The notes under the pieces: model-generated
The model's database searches: none
Seen by the model: the letters and a program-made list of their open reading frames with translations, nothing else
Told to the model about the DNA's origin: nothing
DNA from: an uncultured Gemmatimonadales bacterium
Lineage (GTDB): Bacteria; Gemmatimonadota; Gemmatimonadetes; Longimicrobiales; RSA9
Assembly: GCA_963798085.1 (NCBI GenBank)
Contig: CAWCRS010000005.1
Span: forward strand, 352,001 to 416,000
DNA: 64,000 nucleotides
Reading direction: 5' to 3'
Program-made: the position numbers and the translations under genes
Shown here: positions 21,167 through 34,469 of the stretch, in pieces
Layout: each line of letters starts with the position of its first letter
Numbering within the stretch: position 1 is the first letter of the stretch

Positions 21167-22153
21167 TCAGCGATGACGTTCGATGACATAGGCAATGGCC
21201 GCGCGCAGCAACTCGACCGGCTCTTCATCCGGCAGGCCGGTAAGCGCTTCCGCAGCCTGTTCTCCGTATTCCGCAGCGCGCTGGCGGGCGTACTCCAGTC
21301 CACCGTTTTCCTCGACCCGCCGCACGATGTGTTCGATCCCTTCCTCGGTCGGTACCGGGTCGGCGAAGAAGTGTTCGACTTCGCGCTTCGACTCCGCCGG
21401 CATCACGCGGAGCGCCTGGATCAGGGGCAGTGTGACCTTGTGTTCACGCAGGTCCTGGCCCGACGGCTTGCCCGTCACCGCCTCCGCTTCCGTGTAGTCG
21501 AGAAGATCATCGGCGATCTGGAACGCCATACCCAGCGCGTGACCGTAGCGCGCCAGCGGCTCGCGGTACTCCGCGCGGCCGATCGCCGCCCCCATCTGGC
21601 ACGCGGCGCTCATCAGTGATGCCGTCTTGCTGGCGATCAGTTTACGGTAATCCTGTTCGGTGAAGCGCAGTGCGTCATGCGAGGCGAGCTGCCGCAGCTC
21701 ACCCACACTCATCTCGTTGGCCGCCTGCGACAGCACTTCCACCAGGTCGACTCTGCCGAAACGCGCCAGCTCGGACACCGACCGGCTGTACAGGTAATCG
21801 CCCATGATGACCGCGGTCTGGTGATTCCACAGCGCGTTCACCGTCGGCATGCCGCGTCGCAGAACAGAGTGGTCCACGGCGTCATCGTGCACGAGCGTGG
21901 CGAGATGGACCAGTTCGACAATGGCCGCGAGCGTGACGGCGCGAGGGTGTGGCGAACCGCCCACGCGATTGGCGAGCAGAACGAGCGTGGGACGGAAGAG
22001 TTTGCCGCGCGACCAGAGCAGGTGATCGCTCACCTCCTGAATCGCGGCAAAGTCTGCCAGCACAATCCGCCGGAGCTCGCCCACCACTTCGTCGAGCAAC
22101 CCGCGGACCGGGCGCTGGATTTGTGCGAGCCTCGGCGGCTTCGTGCGCAGCAT
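21167..22153 (-). CDS. polyprenyl diphosphate synthase (IspB/HepT-like)
   Basis: GKLFRP, LVHDDAVD..RRG, FQIADDLLD, GKP.G.DLRE.K.TLP. Confidence 0.92.
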   Translation of the reverse strand: MLRTKPPRLAQIQRPVRGLLDEVVGELRRIVLADFAAIQEVSDHLLWSRGKLFRPTLVLLANRVGGSPHPRAVTLAAIVELVHLATLVHDDAVDHSVLRRGMPTVNALWNHQTAVIMGDYLYSRSVSELARFGRVDLVEVLSQAANEMSVGELRQLASHDALRFTEQDYRKLIASKTASLMSAACQMGAAIGRAEYREPLARYGHALGMAFQIADDLLDYTEAEAVTGKPSGQDLREHKVTLPLIQALRVMPAESKREVEHFFADPVPTEEGIEHIVRRVEENGGLEYARQRAAEYGEQAAEALTGLPDEEPVELLRAAIAYVIERHR

Positions 22154-22182
22154 GCGAGTTCAACCGGACATGGTAATGTCGC

Positions 22183-22211
22183 AAGCTACCGTGGCCCGCG
22201 CGGCGTGTCAA
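22183..22211 (-). promoter_or_regulatory. sigma70 promoter for the polyprenyl synthase, -35 overlapping the upstream stop codon
   Basis: TTGACA-17 nt-TAGCTT. Confidence 0.65.
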
Positions 22212-23719
22212 AGACTCGCCATTCGCTCGGACACGTCCTTGAAGCCGATGTCGAGACCCATGACGCGCTCGTAGGCATCGAGGGCTTTCTCGCGCTGGCC
22301 CAGCTCTTCGTACGCGCGGCCCAGATGGTAATACACGCCGATGAGTTCGATCTCGTCATCCGGCTCGAACTGCATGGCGCGCGACAGAACCTTGACGGCG
22401 ATGTTGAACTGCCGCTTGAGCAGGAAGCACTGGCCCAGTTCCTCGAAGATCTTGAGGCTGTCATCGCCGCCGCGCAGTGCCACCTGGAACTGGCCGATCG
22501 CCTCATCGAGAAGCCCCATCTCCTTGAAGGCGAGACCGAGATCGTAGTGGCTCCCGATGTCATCGTGTGCGACGTTCTCTGCGATCTTCTGTTTGAACTG
22601 CGCGAGCAGCTCGGCGAAATCGCGGTCCTCATCGCCCGTCGGGTCGGTCTCCTGCACGAAGAAGCGCGTTGCCTTCGGCTCATCCTCGCTCACCCCCAGC
22701 AGGTCGGACAGGTCGACATAGCCTGCCGTGCTGGTTTCCGGCCCGTGTGGCTGCCTGTCGGTTGCCCGCGCTTCAGTCGCAGTCTCGCGATCGCTGGATG
22801 AAGGGGGTTCGCCGATGCTCGTGGTCTCGAGACCGGAGGGCGGTGCGGCCTCGGGGATCGCCTCGGCCGCCTCGCTGTCCGTTTCGGTTTCGGGCGACGA
22901 CGTTTCCTCTACCGCTGCTTCGCTCACCAGGCTGGTCTGCTCGAAGCCCGCGACGCGGGTCGGCGCGGGCTCGTCATCGAACCCGGGCAAACCTTCGGGC
23001 GTGGGTGGAACGTCTTCGTCGGCCCTGCCACGACGTCTGTCGTCAGGCGAGGGCAGGCCGGCGTCGCGCGCGTGAGCGGGATGCTTGGGCGGTACGGGAT
23101 CGAGCGTGGAAAGCTCGGGATAGCGCTCGAGTGCTTCGGCGCGCAGCGCGTCAGCGGCGTCATTCGCGCCGTCGCGCAACCGCATGTGGTACGCCCGCCG
23201 GTACTCGGTCTGCGCGTCTTCGAGGCGCCCGTGCGCGTAAAGCTTGCGCGCCAGCAGCTCGCGGATCTCCGGATCATTGGAGATGTCGGCAAAATCATCG
23301 AGCGCATGGAACGCGTCGTCGACGTCGCCCTTGTGAAAAGCGCGATCCGCGTATTCGAGGAACCAGCGACGGGCGTCGGTGAGGAAGCCCTGCGATGCGG
23401 AGAAGCGGCCCAGTTTGCGCAGCAGGTCGACGCGCTGCGGCGCGTAGCGCAGTGCCTTGTTGCAGAGCGCGATCGCGTTGTTGTAGAGCCCGGCGTCCGC
23501 GTAATGGTCGGCCGCCTGCTCGTAGAACTTCACGGCCTCGTTGGGTCGGCCGGTGCGCAGGTAGAGGTCGCCCACGCGGTTGTAGAGGGGCAGCTCGCCC
23601 ACCTCATCCTCGGCGCCGCGCAGCACCTGCTGGTAGAGCGAGATCGCCTGATCCCACTCCTCGCGCTGCTCGTGCGTGCGCGCCTGCTCCTTCAGCTTGG
23701 CGACGGACTTTCCGTCCAT
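22208..23719 (-). CDS. cytoplasmic TPR scaffold (N-terminal TPRs, acidic linker, C-terminal TPR triplet)
   Basis: LYNRVGDLYLR TPRs; C-terminal SHYDLGLAFKEMGLLDEAIGQF...DIGFKDVSERM. Confidence 0.8.
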   Translation of the reverse strand: MDGKSVAKLKEQARTHEQREEWDQAISLYQQVLRGAEDEVGELPLYNRVGDLYLRTGRPNEAVKFYEQAADHYADAGLYNNAIALCNKALRYAPQRVDLLRKLGRFSASQGFLTDARRWFLEYADRAFHKGDVDDAFHALDDFADISNDPEIRELLARKLYAHGRLEDAQTEYRRAYHMRLRDGANDAADALRAEALERYPELSTLDPVPPKHPAHARDAGLPSPDDRRRGRADEDVPPTPEGLPGFDDEPAPTRVAGFEQTSLVSEAAVEETSSPETETDSEAAEAIPEAAPPSGLETTSIGEPPSSSDRETATEARATDRQPHGPETSTAGYVDLSDLLGVSEDEPKATRFFVQETDPTGDEDRDFAELLAQFKQKIAENVAHDDIGSHYDLGLAFKEMGLLDEAIGQFQVALRGGDDSLKIFEELGQCFLLKRQFNIAVKVLSRAMQFEPDDEIELIGVYYHLGRAYEELGQREKALDAYERVMGLDIGFKDVSERMASL

Positions 23720-23731
23720 GCGTCGTCGACC

Positions 23732-24649
23732 TTACCTCGCGAGATGTGTGAGCAGACGTCGTGACAGCAGACGCTCTGCGGCGTCGGCGTCGAGGTGCAG
23801 CCGCTCGCCCGCGGCTTCCAGCACCAGCCGGTCCGGCACCAGCCCGATCACCTCGGTGCGCAGAACGCTTCCACCCTGTGCGTTCACGGCTGCCTCAATG
23901 CGCCGGAACACCCCCACAGGTGATGAAGTTTCGGCGTTTTCCAGGTTCATGGAAAGTTGCAGCTCGCCGCTCTCGGGCATGCGGAAGGCCAGCGCTCGCA
24001 ATCCCTGCATGCCGCCTCCGGTCTCTCGAATGTCCTGCGCCAGCCGGCGCAGAGCCTCGAGGGAAGTGCCCTGCACGTACACGTTCCACGCGAGCAGCAC
24101 GCGGCGGGCGCCCACGCATACTGCGCCCGCCGTCGGGTGCGCGCCCTGGTGCGGCCAGTCCGCCGGCACCAGGTCTGGCATTCTGCCCGCCGGCCAGGAC
24201 CCCGCAATCGCCTCGAATCCACCCCGCCTCAGCTCCGCCAGCGTGCGCCCCGGCGGATCCGACGCCAAGGCGTAGAAATACACGGGCAAACCCACATCCC
24301 GTGCGATGCGCTGGCCGGCTCGGTGCGCGGTCGCGCGGGCATCGTCCATTGTCAATCCGAGGAGCGGCACGAACGGCAGCACATCGAGCGCTCCGATGCG
24401 CGGGTGCAGGCCGCGATGGCGGCGCAGGTCGATGCTGTCCCTCGCCACGGCAGCAGCGGCCACGGCAGCGTCCTCGACTGCCGCCGGCTGGCCCACGATC
24501 GTGACGACAGCGCGATGATGCTGCCGGTCGGACGTCCAGTCGAGCACGTCGGCGCCGGCTGCTTCCATGGCCTGCACGATGCCGCGCAGCACGCCCGGAT
24601 CGCGCCCCTCACTGAAATTGGGCACGGCCTCGAGAACCCGGGCCGTCAT
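23732..24649 (-). CDS. ftcD: glutamate formiminotransferase (transferase domain only)
   Basis: EAVPNFSEGRD, HHRAVVT, IDLRRHRGLHPRIGALDVLPFVP. Confidence 0.9.
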   Translation of the reverse strand: MTARVLEAVPNFSEGRDPGVLRGIVQAMEAAGADVLDWTSDRQHHRAVVTIVGQPAAVEDAAVAAAAVARDSIDLRRHRGLHPRIGALDVLPFVPLLGLTMDDARATAHRAGQRIARDVGLPVYFYALASDPPGRTLAELRRGGFEAIAGSWPAGRMPDLVPADWPHQGAHPTAGAVCVGARRVLLAWNVYVQGTSLEALRRLAQDIRETGGGMQGLRALAFRMPESGELQLSMNLENAETSSPVGVFRRIEAAVNAQGGSVLRTEVIGLVPDRLVLEAAGERLHLDADAAERLLSRRLLTHLAR

Positions 24650-25864
24650 CGGCCCGTAACGTAGACCGGGCCAATCCCGACGACAACGGTCAAGCCGCCT
24701 CCCGGCCGTGCTTCCACACGCTGCGAATGGGAGGACTGCCGAACCGGTAGGGTATCTCGTTGAAGTCGACTGCGTCCCAGAGGATCAGGTCCGCGGGTGC
24801 ACCCTCCCGCAAAATGCCTCGCCCGTCGGTCAGCTGCAGTGCCCGTGCGCCCATGGCGGTCGCGGCGTACAGCGCTTCGAGTGGCGTCATCCCCATTTGC
24901 GAGCAGGCAATCGTCAGCACCAGCGGCATGCTGGGCGAGGGCGAGGAGCCGGGATTGAAGTCGGTCGCGAGCGCAACGTGAGCACCCGCATTCAGCAGTC
25001 GCCGAGCCGGCGCGTAGCTCTTCCTGCCCAGGAAGAACAGCGTAGCCGGCAGCAGTGTCGCCACTGTCGTCGAACCAGCCAGGGCATTGATGCCTTCCTC
25101 GCCGATGGCACCCAGATGGTCGACGGAGGCAGCGCCCAGCTTCACACCCAGCTCGGCGCCGCCGGACCATTCCAGCTCGTCGGCGTGCAAACGCGGTGTC
25201 AGGCCGTGCAGCATGCCCGACTCCAGCACGCGTCGTGTCTGCGCAGCTGTGAATGCGCCCGGTTCCATGAACACGTCGCAGTAGCGCGCCAGGTTTTCGG
25301 CTGCCACTGCGGGGATCATCTCGGTCACCAGAATGTCGACGTATGCGTCGGGCCGGCCGGCGTATTCCAGCGGCACTTCGTGCGCGCCGAGGAACGTCGG
25401 CACCAGGTCGAGCGGCCCCTCCGCCTGCAGCGTCCGAATGGCGCGGAGCTGGCGCAGCTCTGCATCAGCTTCGAGGCCGTATCCGCTTTTCACTTCGGCT
25501 GTTGTGGTCCCCAGCTTGAGCATTTGCTTGAGCCGTGGCCGGCTTAGCGCTTCCAGCTCTTCCTGGCTTCGGCCGCGCAGGTCGCGGACCGATGCGTGAA
25601 TGCCGCCGCCCTGCCGGGCGATCTCCATGTACGGCACGCCGCGCGAGCGCAGCGCGTACTCGCCGGAGCGCCAGCGACCGAATACCGCGTGGGTGTGGGA
25701 GTCGACGAACCCCGGTGTGATCACGCCCTGCTCGCAGTCGACGACGTTCGCGTCCGGGAACGCCGCGCGCAGCTCGCCCTTCGCGCCGAGCCCAGCCACG
25801 ATGCCATCCTGAACGACGAGCGCGCACCCGGACCGGACATCACTCTCCTGCCCCGTCTCGCAGG

Positions 25865-27430
<1,566 letters not shown>

Positions 27431-27494
27431 GGGCCGCCAAGATAGATTCCGTGCTCGCGTCGGAACAGAAGACGGCGAGCGGTGCGGGTTCGGC

Positions 27495-30369
27495 CTAACG
27501 GATCGTCTGGTTGTTGAAGCGGGGCAGGTCGCGCTGCGAGTAGTCCACCTTGATGTCCGGGTTGGCGCGCAGCTGCGCCCGGAACTGGAAGCTGAAGTTG
27601 CCGTTCTGCGCCTTCACGAAATCGAAGTTCGCATCCCAGTCGTGCATGGAGCGGGTCAGGGTGAGGATGTGGTCGGTGAAGCTGTGGTTCGTGAACGAAT
27701 AGCCCGTGCTCCACTGCATGGCCCACTGCGCGGTTGGCTGCAACGAAAAGTTGCCTGTGACCATCTGCGTGGTGGAGCCGGCCGTGGCATTGCGCGGTCG
27801 CGACAGCGTGTAATTGAGGCTCGCGTTCCAGCTGCCCGACGGCTGCTGCGGTGCCCCGCCGGGCCGGTTGGCGCCGATGAGGCCGAAGTTCTGTGTGTTC
27901 TGCTGCTGCCGGGCCAGTTCCGCTTCGCGCGCACTGTCCGCCGCCGTGCCGGGCACACCCGGCGCCGTCTGCGTCTGCTTCTGCGGTGTGGGCGGTTTGC
28001 GGTGACCCAGACCCAGCATGCGCGCCAGCCAGGAATCGGAATTGACGGAAAAGGCCGCGTTGAAACGGCTCAGGTGGGGCTTGAAATCCCTCGATATCAG
28101 CTTGTTAGTGGAGTCCCGGTGCTCCTGGAACAGATCGTGCGCGAAGCTCAGCTGCAGTCCGCGCAGCAAGTCGGACTGCACGTTGTTGCCGATCTCCGTC
28201 GTCTGCACGCCAAAGCCATCCTTCGCCTGCACGAAATCGTAGACCACGGCATCCGTGCTCAGCGAAAGGATCGTGATGGGCTGTACGCGCTGCCGCCGCT
28301 TCGGCCCCGTGCTCGTGTCCGGGGGCGCGGTCCGCGTACTGTCGGCGCCGGCCACACCAGTGGAATCCGGGTTCTGCTTCTGTTTCGGCTTGGCCTCGAA
28401 AGTCTGGCTGACGCCAATGGTGAGCCGGTTCTGCTCCTGGATGTTCAAGGGGCCGAACGCCTGGCGCTGTCGTTCCGTGATCGTGGGTGAAGGCGAGTAA
28501 GTGTACGAGAAGCTGGGCGAGATGCGATGGCGCACGCGCTCGAACAGACCCAGGCCGGGATAGAAGTGGAACAGGTCGGTACGCAGGGCCGCGTTGAAAT
28601 TGAGGCGCGTGGGCGCGGCCACCCGGTCGCCGCCTGTCGTGTCGCTCTGCAGCACCTGGCCCGCCAGGCTGAGACCGGGCGTGAATGTGGTGGTGCCCAT
28701 CAGCCGCTGCTGATAGTTCAGGCCCGCGTTCCAGGTCATCATGCGCGTCGAACGCGCTGGCAGGACCCTGGCGACCGTATCCACCGTGACCATGCGCTCG
28801 ATGTCCTGGATGTCGGAATACGTCACGCCCTGTGACCAGCCGAACTTGCCCAGGGTGAATGTGCTCGATGCGCTGCCCTGCAGCTGGTTTTCGCTCTGCG
28901 TCGCCGGATTCGTGTTACCGCTGCCGATGCTGCGCGTCCGGTAATTGCCGCTTGCCGAGCCGTTCCAGGTCGCGTTGTTGTACCATTTCGCGCTGCCGGG
29001 CAGCGCGGCAAACAGGGTGACCGGCGCCAGGTTCAGCGACAACGTGGGCAGCGTCTGCGTGACCGTGTTGTCGGAGATCTGCTGCTGCCGCTGGCCGCTC
29101 AGGTTCAGCGAACCGAAGTTGAAGCGACGATTGAACCCCACGTTCGACGTGATGCTCTGGTTCAGCTCGCGGGGATCGATCGAGCGCGTGCGAATGAACT
29201 GCGTGGACGTGGCGTAGCTCAGGTCGCCGGCGAGTCGTGTCCGCTCGTCCGGTTGCCAGTCCGTGTTGGCCGCAATGGTGTAGTTGCGCCCGCCCTCCGA
29301 TTGCCAGTAGCTCCGGTACGTGGCACTGCCCGACAGGAACTGGCGCAGCAGGCGGTAGTCGAACGTGCCGCTGAGCGACGTGTAGTTCTGGCTCTGCCAC
29401 GACATGGCCAGCTGGGCGCCCATGTAATCGCTGATGGCCCAGTAGAAGCCGACATTGTCGATGCGACGCTGGTAGCCGGCGTTGGTGCGCGCTATGTCGT
29501 TCACGCCGAACTGCGGCATCAGGATGCCGCTGCGCCGCCCCGATTTTGTGCTCTGCACGAAGAACGGCAGCCAGAACACCGGCACGTCGCGGAAATTGAA
29601 CGTGACGTTGCGCGCCACGATCACGTCCTTGCCAATGTACTTCATCTCGCCCGCGCCGAAATGGTAGTGGGGCGGATCCAGATTGCAGTCCGTGAAGGTG
29701 CCGCCGTGGCTGTACAGCGTGTCGCCCAGCGTGAAGCCCTCACGCGTGTGCACGATCCAGTTGGCCCCCTGCGTGATCTGCGTGGTGACGCCGAAGGCCA
29801 GGCCTTTCTTCAACACGGTGTTATAGCAGAGCGAATCGGCATTGATCGGGTGATTCCGTGCCCTGGCCGCTAACCAGCGGTTTGCCGTGCGCACAGGCGA
29901 TGGACGTCTTCTGGTCGAAGACGATGGTGCTGTCCGCGCTGATGCGCTGCCCCAGGTTCACCACCTCCGCTTTGCGGCTCAGCATGAGCAGGCTGCTGTC
30001 CGCATCGAAACTGGCGCTGTCCGCCCGGTACTCGGTCACGGTGTAGCCGGGCAGCAGCAGCAGGTGCGTCATCATGGAGTCGTGCACCAGCGGTGTGCTG
30101 CCCGCCGCTGCCGGCCGCCCGCCTGCCTGTGCGGCCTGCGCGCGGCGCAGTGAGTCCGCACGCGCCGAGTCCTGCGCGGCCTGCGTCGTGTCCTGTGCCG
30201 CGCTGCCGGTATCCTGCGGTACCAGCGGCTTCAGGCTGCGCAGCCGGTCACGGATGATGTCGATCCGGGATTTCGTGCTGTCGGGCTTCTGTGCAGCGGC
30301 GGGGAGGGCGCCAGCGAGCATCAGGGCCACGGCCGCGGGAACCAGCCGGCCGGCGACCCCGCGGTTCAT
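27495..30369 (-). CDS. lptD: LPS-assembly LptD-like outer-membrane protein (indel near 29850)
   Basis: Signal peptide, jellyroll region with GTFTDCN..PPHYHF, VPVFWLPFF, RRSGILMP, long beta-barrel C-terminus. Confidence 0.8.
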
Positions 30370-31168
30370 CCCGTGGCCTCCGGTAACGCGTCGGCCGCCT
30401 CCGCCTGCGCACTCGCGCGCAGTTTGCCGCGTTCCACCAGCTTTGCCAGCCAGAATGCTCAGCTCATAGAGCAGCAGCAGCGGCCCCATGAGGATGATGC
30501 TGGCGGTGATCGCATCGCCGGGTGTGATCACGCAGGCCAGGATGGCCATGCCCGCGACCGCGTAGCGGCGCTTCGAGGCGAGGAACCGCGAGCTGGCGAG
30601 GCCCATGGCAGTGAGGATCATGACGACGACGGGTAGTTCGAAGATCGCGCCGAAACCCAGCAGCAGCTTGGTGACCAGATTGAAGTAGCGGTCGGCAGTG
30701 ATCTGCGGCTGCAGACTGGCCGACTGAATGCTGAGCATGAACTTGATGGTGAACGGCAGTGCCGCGAAGTAGGCGAGGGATGCGCCCGCGATGAACAGAA
30801 AGACACCGAGATAGAGCGCCGGCACAATGGCGCGCTTCTCCCGTGGCATCAGGGCCGGTGAGAGAAACGCCCACAAATTGTAGAAGATCACGGGCGACGC
30901 CAGGACCACGCCCATCGAGATGGCCAGGTTGAGCATGATGAACAGCGGATCCGTGACGCCCAGGATGATCAGCTTGCCGCCGTTCAGGTACGGATCGATG
31001 GGCCGTTTCAGAATACCAATGACATCGTATTGCGAAACGCAGGAAGAAGGAGCCGAGTGCGGCGACGATGAGGGCCAGCAGGCTCCAGATGATGCGCCAG
31101 CGCAGTTCCTCGAGGTGATCGAGAAACGGCATCTCGGCGGTGGGGTTCTGCGAACGTCGGAACTTCAT
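30366..31168 (-). CDS. tatC: twin-arginine translocase TatC (indels near 31040 and 30450)
   Basis: EMPFLDHLEELRWR, WAFLSPAL..REK, FELP, ITPGD, LYELSI. Confidence 0.94.
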
Positions 31169-31175
31169 GCGCGGC

Positions 31176-31673
31176 CTAGAGAGGAAGCTCCGCCTGGTCC
31201 CGGCTCAACGCAGCACGGGCCCGCCGTGCGCTCAGCTCGCGGAGTTCCTCGTAGAACTCTTCGAGATCCTGGAAGTTCCGGTATACGGAAGCGAAGCGGA
31301 CGTACGCCACGTGGTCGCGGCCTTTCAGCTGATCCATGACCAGTTCGCCGATGGTCCGGCTGTCCACTTCATCCTCGCCGCGTCGCGCCAGCGCGTCTTC
31401 CACCTGGTCTACCATGGCCTCGATGTCGGAAGGCTCGATAGGTCGTTTCACGCAGGAGATCTCGATGGACTCGAGCAGCTTGCGCCGCTCGTAGCGCTCC
31501 GTGGTGCCATCGCGTTTGCGCACCAGCAGCGGTCGCTCCTCCACATACTCATAGGTGGTGAACCGGCGGTGGCAGGCAAGACATTCGCGTCGCCGGCGCA
31601 CGGCCCGCCCTTCCCGGCTGATCCGTGAGTCGACGACGCGATTGTCGGTGCTGCTGCAGAACGGGCAGCGCAT
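31176..31673 (-). CDS. nrdR: transcriptional repressor NrdR
   Basis: MRCPFC..VVDSR..RRRRECLAC..RFTTYE, VAYVRFASVY. Confidence 0.97.
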   Translation of the reverse strand: MRCPFCSSTDNRVVDSRISREGRAVRRRRECLACHRRFTTYEYVEERPLLVRKRDGTTERYERRKLLESIEISCVKRPIEPSDIEAMVDQVEDALARRGEDEVDSRTIGELVMDQLKGRDHVAYVRFASVYRNFQDLEEFYEELRELSARRARAALSRDQAELPL

Positions 31674-32479
31674 CAGCCTCCCAGGGCTCTCAGCCTCCGC
31701 GTCGCTTCGGGATACTGTTCGCTGCCCGGGTACCGCTGGATGACCAGGCTGTAGTAGCGCCGGGCAGACGTCTTGTCGGCGTGGTCCTCTGCGAGGATAC
31801 CGGCTCGCAGCAGGGCGACCGGCGCCTGCGACGAATTGGGCCAGTTCTGTTCCACCTTCTCGAACTCGGAAACCGCGCGTGCGAAGTCACCTTCCCCCAC
31901 GTACGTCTCGCCGATCAGATACTGCGCTTCCGGCGCGCGCGGGTCCGTGGCGTGGCTCTGCACGACCACCTCGAAGGCGGTGCGTGCCGTGGTGAACGCG
32001 CCTTCATTGAGCTTGCTCTTGCCCAGATCGAGCGCCTGCGCCACCTCGCCCGCGTCGATCGCCGTCGAATTCTGCGTCGCGGACTGGGTCGCGTTCCTTG
32101 CCGTGCGGTTGGGCGCGGACTGTCCCTGCGCCAGCCGCTCCAGCAGCTGACTCACCACCGTCTGCAGCTGGGTAATGGATTCGCCGGTGCGGTCCAGCTG
32201 ATCGCTCAGCTCCTGGAACCGGTGCGTCGATTGACCCGCCGCATCGCGCTGTGCCTCGAAGCTTACGCGCAGCGTGTCCAGCAGCAGCCGATAGTTCCTC
32301 TGCTGCACCTGGAACAGCGAGTCCTGCCGCACCTGCAGCCGCTGCACCTCGTCCCGCAGCAGTTTCACGTCCTTCTTCGTGGCGCAACCGGCCAGCACCA
32401 TGCAGACGCTCAATCCCGCAGTCGCCAGGAGCAGCCGGCTGCCCGGCTGCCGACGCCCAAACAGCACTGTTAGCTTCAC
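31673..32479 (-). CDS. cpoB: Tol-Pal associated CpoB/YbgF-like lipoprotein
   Basis: LAGC lipobox, coiled coil, TPRs (APEAQYLIGE, VIQRYPGS); follows pal. Confidence 0.8.
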   Translation of the reverse strand: MKLTVLFGRRQPGSRLLLATAGLSVCMVLAGCATKKDVKLLRDEVQRLQVRQDSLFQVQQRNYRLLLDTLRVSFEAQRDAAGQSTHRFQELSDQLDRTGESITQLQTVVSQLLERLAQGQSAPNRTARNATQSATQNSTAIDAGEVAQALDLGKSKLNEGAFTTARTAFEVVVQSHATDPRAPEAQYLIGETYVGEGDFARAVSEFEKVEQNWPNSSQAPVALLRAGILAEDHADKTSARRYYSLVIQRYPGSEQYPEATRRLRALGG

Positions 32480-33045
32480 CGGCCGGCAACCAGTTTCTCG
32501 CCGCCTCGCGTCACGGTGAATTCGGCCCGCCGGTTGCGCGCGTACGCCGCCGAGTCATGACCCATGTCCAGCGGCCGATCCTCACCCATCGTCTGCGTCG
32601 TCAGGCGGGAAGCATCGATGCCGAAGCCGCTCAGATAGTCCTTCACGGCATTGGCGCGGCGCAGCCCCAGTGCCAGGTTGTACTCGGTCGAGCCGCGCTC
32701 GTCCGCGTGTCCCGTGATCTGCAGTGCAACCGCCTGATTGGAGCGCAGAATGGGGAGTTTGGACTGGAGCGCCTGCTCCGCATCCTGGCGGATGCGTGAT
32801 TCGTCGTAATCGAAGAACACCATCTGTTCCAGCACATCCCGCAGGCGACGCGTCTCCGCCGCTTCTGCGGCCATGCGCCGCGCGCCGTCACCGACCGTGT
32901 CCGGCCCCGTCGCACGGGGCGGCGGTGCCTGCGGCTGCGTCGATGTCTGTTGAGGTGTCGGCTGTGGTGGCGGCTGCTTTTTCGAGCACGCCGGGGCCAC
33001 CAGGACGGCGGCCGTTACCATGAAGATTGCCGTCCGACGAATCAT
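32476..33045 (-). CDS. pal: peptidoglycan-associated lipoprotein
   Basis: Lipobox APAC, VFFDYD, GHADERGSTEYNLALGLRRA, NRRAEF. Confidence 0.93.
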   Translation of the reverse strand: MIRRTAIFMVTAAVLVAPACSKKQPPPQPTPQQTSTQPQAPPPRATGPDTVGDGARRMAAEAAETRRLRDVLEQMVFFDYDESRIRQDAEQALQSKLPILRSNQAVALQITGHADERGSTEYNLALGLRRANAVKDYLSGFGIDASRLTTQTMGEDRPLDMGHDSAAYARNRRAEFTVTRGGEKLVAGR

Positions 33046-33083
33046 CGCGTCTCCTTGGTGAGTATGGACCCCTGGAAGCATTC

Positions 33084-34455
33084 TCACTGCGTGGCGCTCA
33101 TGGCGCCCGCCAAAGACGGCGACCAATCCGCGGTGCGGAAGCCCTTGCCCTTCACCAGGCTCCGGATCGCGCCCGTCACCGTGTCGATAACATACAACCC
33201 CTCGCGCCCCGCGTCAGTATCCACATACACGATATGGCGTCCATCAGGCCCCCAGCTCAGGGTCCCGGTTCAAGCCCGCTGATGTCAGCTGTGTCACCTG
33301 CAGGCTCGGCTGGTCCGCATCGCCCACCATGATCTGGAACGTGCCGCGCGACATGCCGGCGAACGCCACCTTGGAGCTGGTGGGCGACCAGTCCGGCCCG
33401 TCGTACTGCACGTTCTCGCCGAAGGGCGTGAGGATGCGCGGGTTCGAGCCATCGGCGCCCATGATGTAAATGTGATGGCGGCCGGTGCGTGAGGAGATGA
33501 ACGCGATGCGCTGTCCGTCATGCGCGTAGGACGGGCTCATGTTCTCGCCGCCGCTCTCGGCCAGGCGGCGGGTGGTACCGCGCGACAGGTCGATCTCCTG
33601 GATTACGGTCGCGCCCAGGCGGCCGCGCTTCGGGTCATCGACACCGTACGCGATGTGTGTTCCATCGGGCGCGTAACACGGTGACAGGATCAGTGTCTTC
33701 TTCGAGTCGAGCGTCCGTATGCGGCCCGTTGTGAGGTCCCGCTCGACCAGGTCCCACGTGCCGTCCACGGCCTGCACCGGGTACGCGATGCGGCGGCCGT
33801 CGGGCGACCATGTGGGCGAGTACAGCATCACGCCCGCGCCCGTGATGCGGCGCAGGTTCTCGCCATCGGCGTCGACCGTCAGCAGGTCGTAACTCGTCGG
33901 TGTGATGCGCACGAACGCCACGCGCGTCGCGGCGATGCCGGGCTGTCCCGTGAGCCATTGCACGATGGCATCGGCGGCGGCGTGCACGGCGAGTCGGAAG
34001 TCCGGCGAATTCGAAGGCGGCAGGCGGAACGTGCCGCTCTGCTTCTCCTTGCCGTAGACCACGTCATGCGCCGAGAGCTGCAGCTGGAAGCCGCTGCCGC
34101 TGCTGCTCACATCGCCTGTTATCAGGTACACGACATTGAGGCTGTTCCATACCTCGTACTGCACGGGCGACGCGGCCAGCTCCTGCGGCACGGGAAACAT
34201 CTCGAAACGGTCGCTCAGCAACAGGTCGTTACCCAGGATGCCGCCCACCTGCTCGGCGATGTTCGCCTCGGCGAGTCCACCGGAGAGCGGTCTCAGGGCA
34301 ACGACGGGCCGCCCCATCTTCGAGTAGCGACCTTCCAGAGAAACGCCGGGCGGCAATTTGGTGGTGTCCTGCTGTGCCTGCGCGTGGCCGCCCAGGGCCG
34401 CGCAGGCGGCCAGGGCCATCACCATGCGCAGCGCCGTGCGCGTTGAAGCGGTCAT
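33084..34455 (-). CDS. tolB: TolB beta-propeller protein (indel near 33265)
   Basis: Signal peptide, DL..S.RF, TG.PGIAATRVAF, PD40 repeats (SPTWSPDGRRIAY). Confidence 0.88.
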
Positions 34456-34469
34456 CGTCGCCTTCGATC

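Noticed and set aside
29821..30936. Apparent TatC-LptD fusion ORF
   Set aside because: An indel near 30450 shifts tatC into the lptD frame; the proper tatC stop overlaps the lptD ATG (ATGA at 30366-30369) and lptD has its own signal peptide
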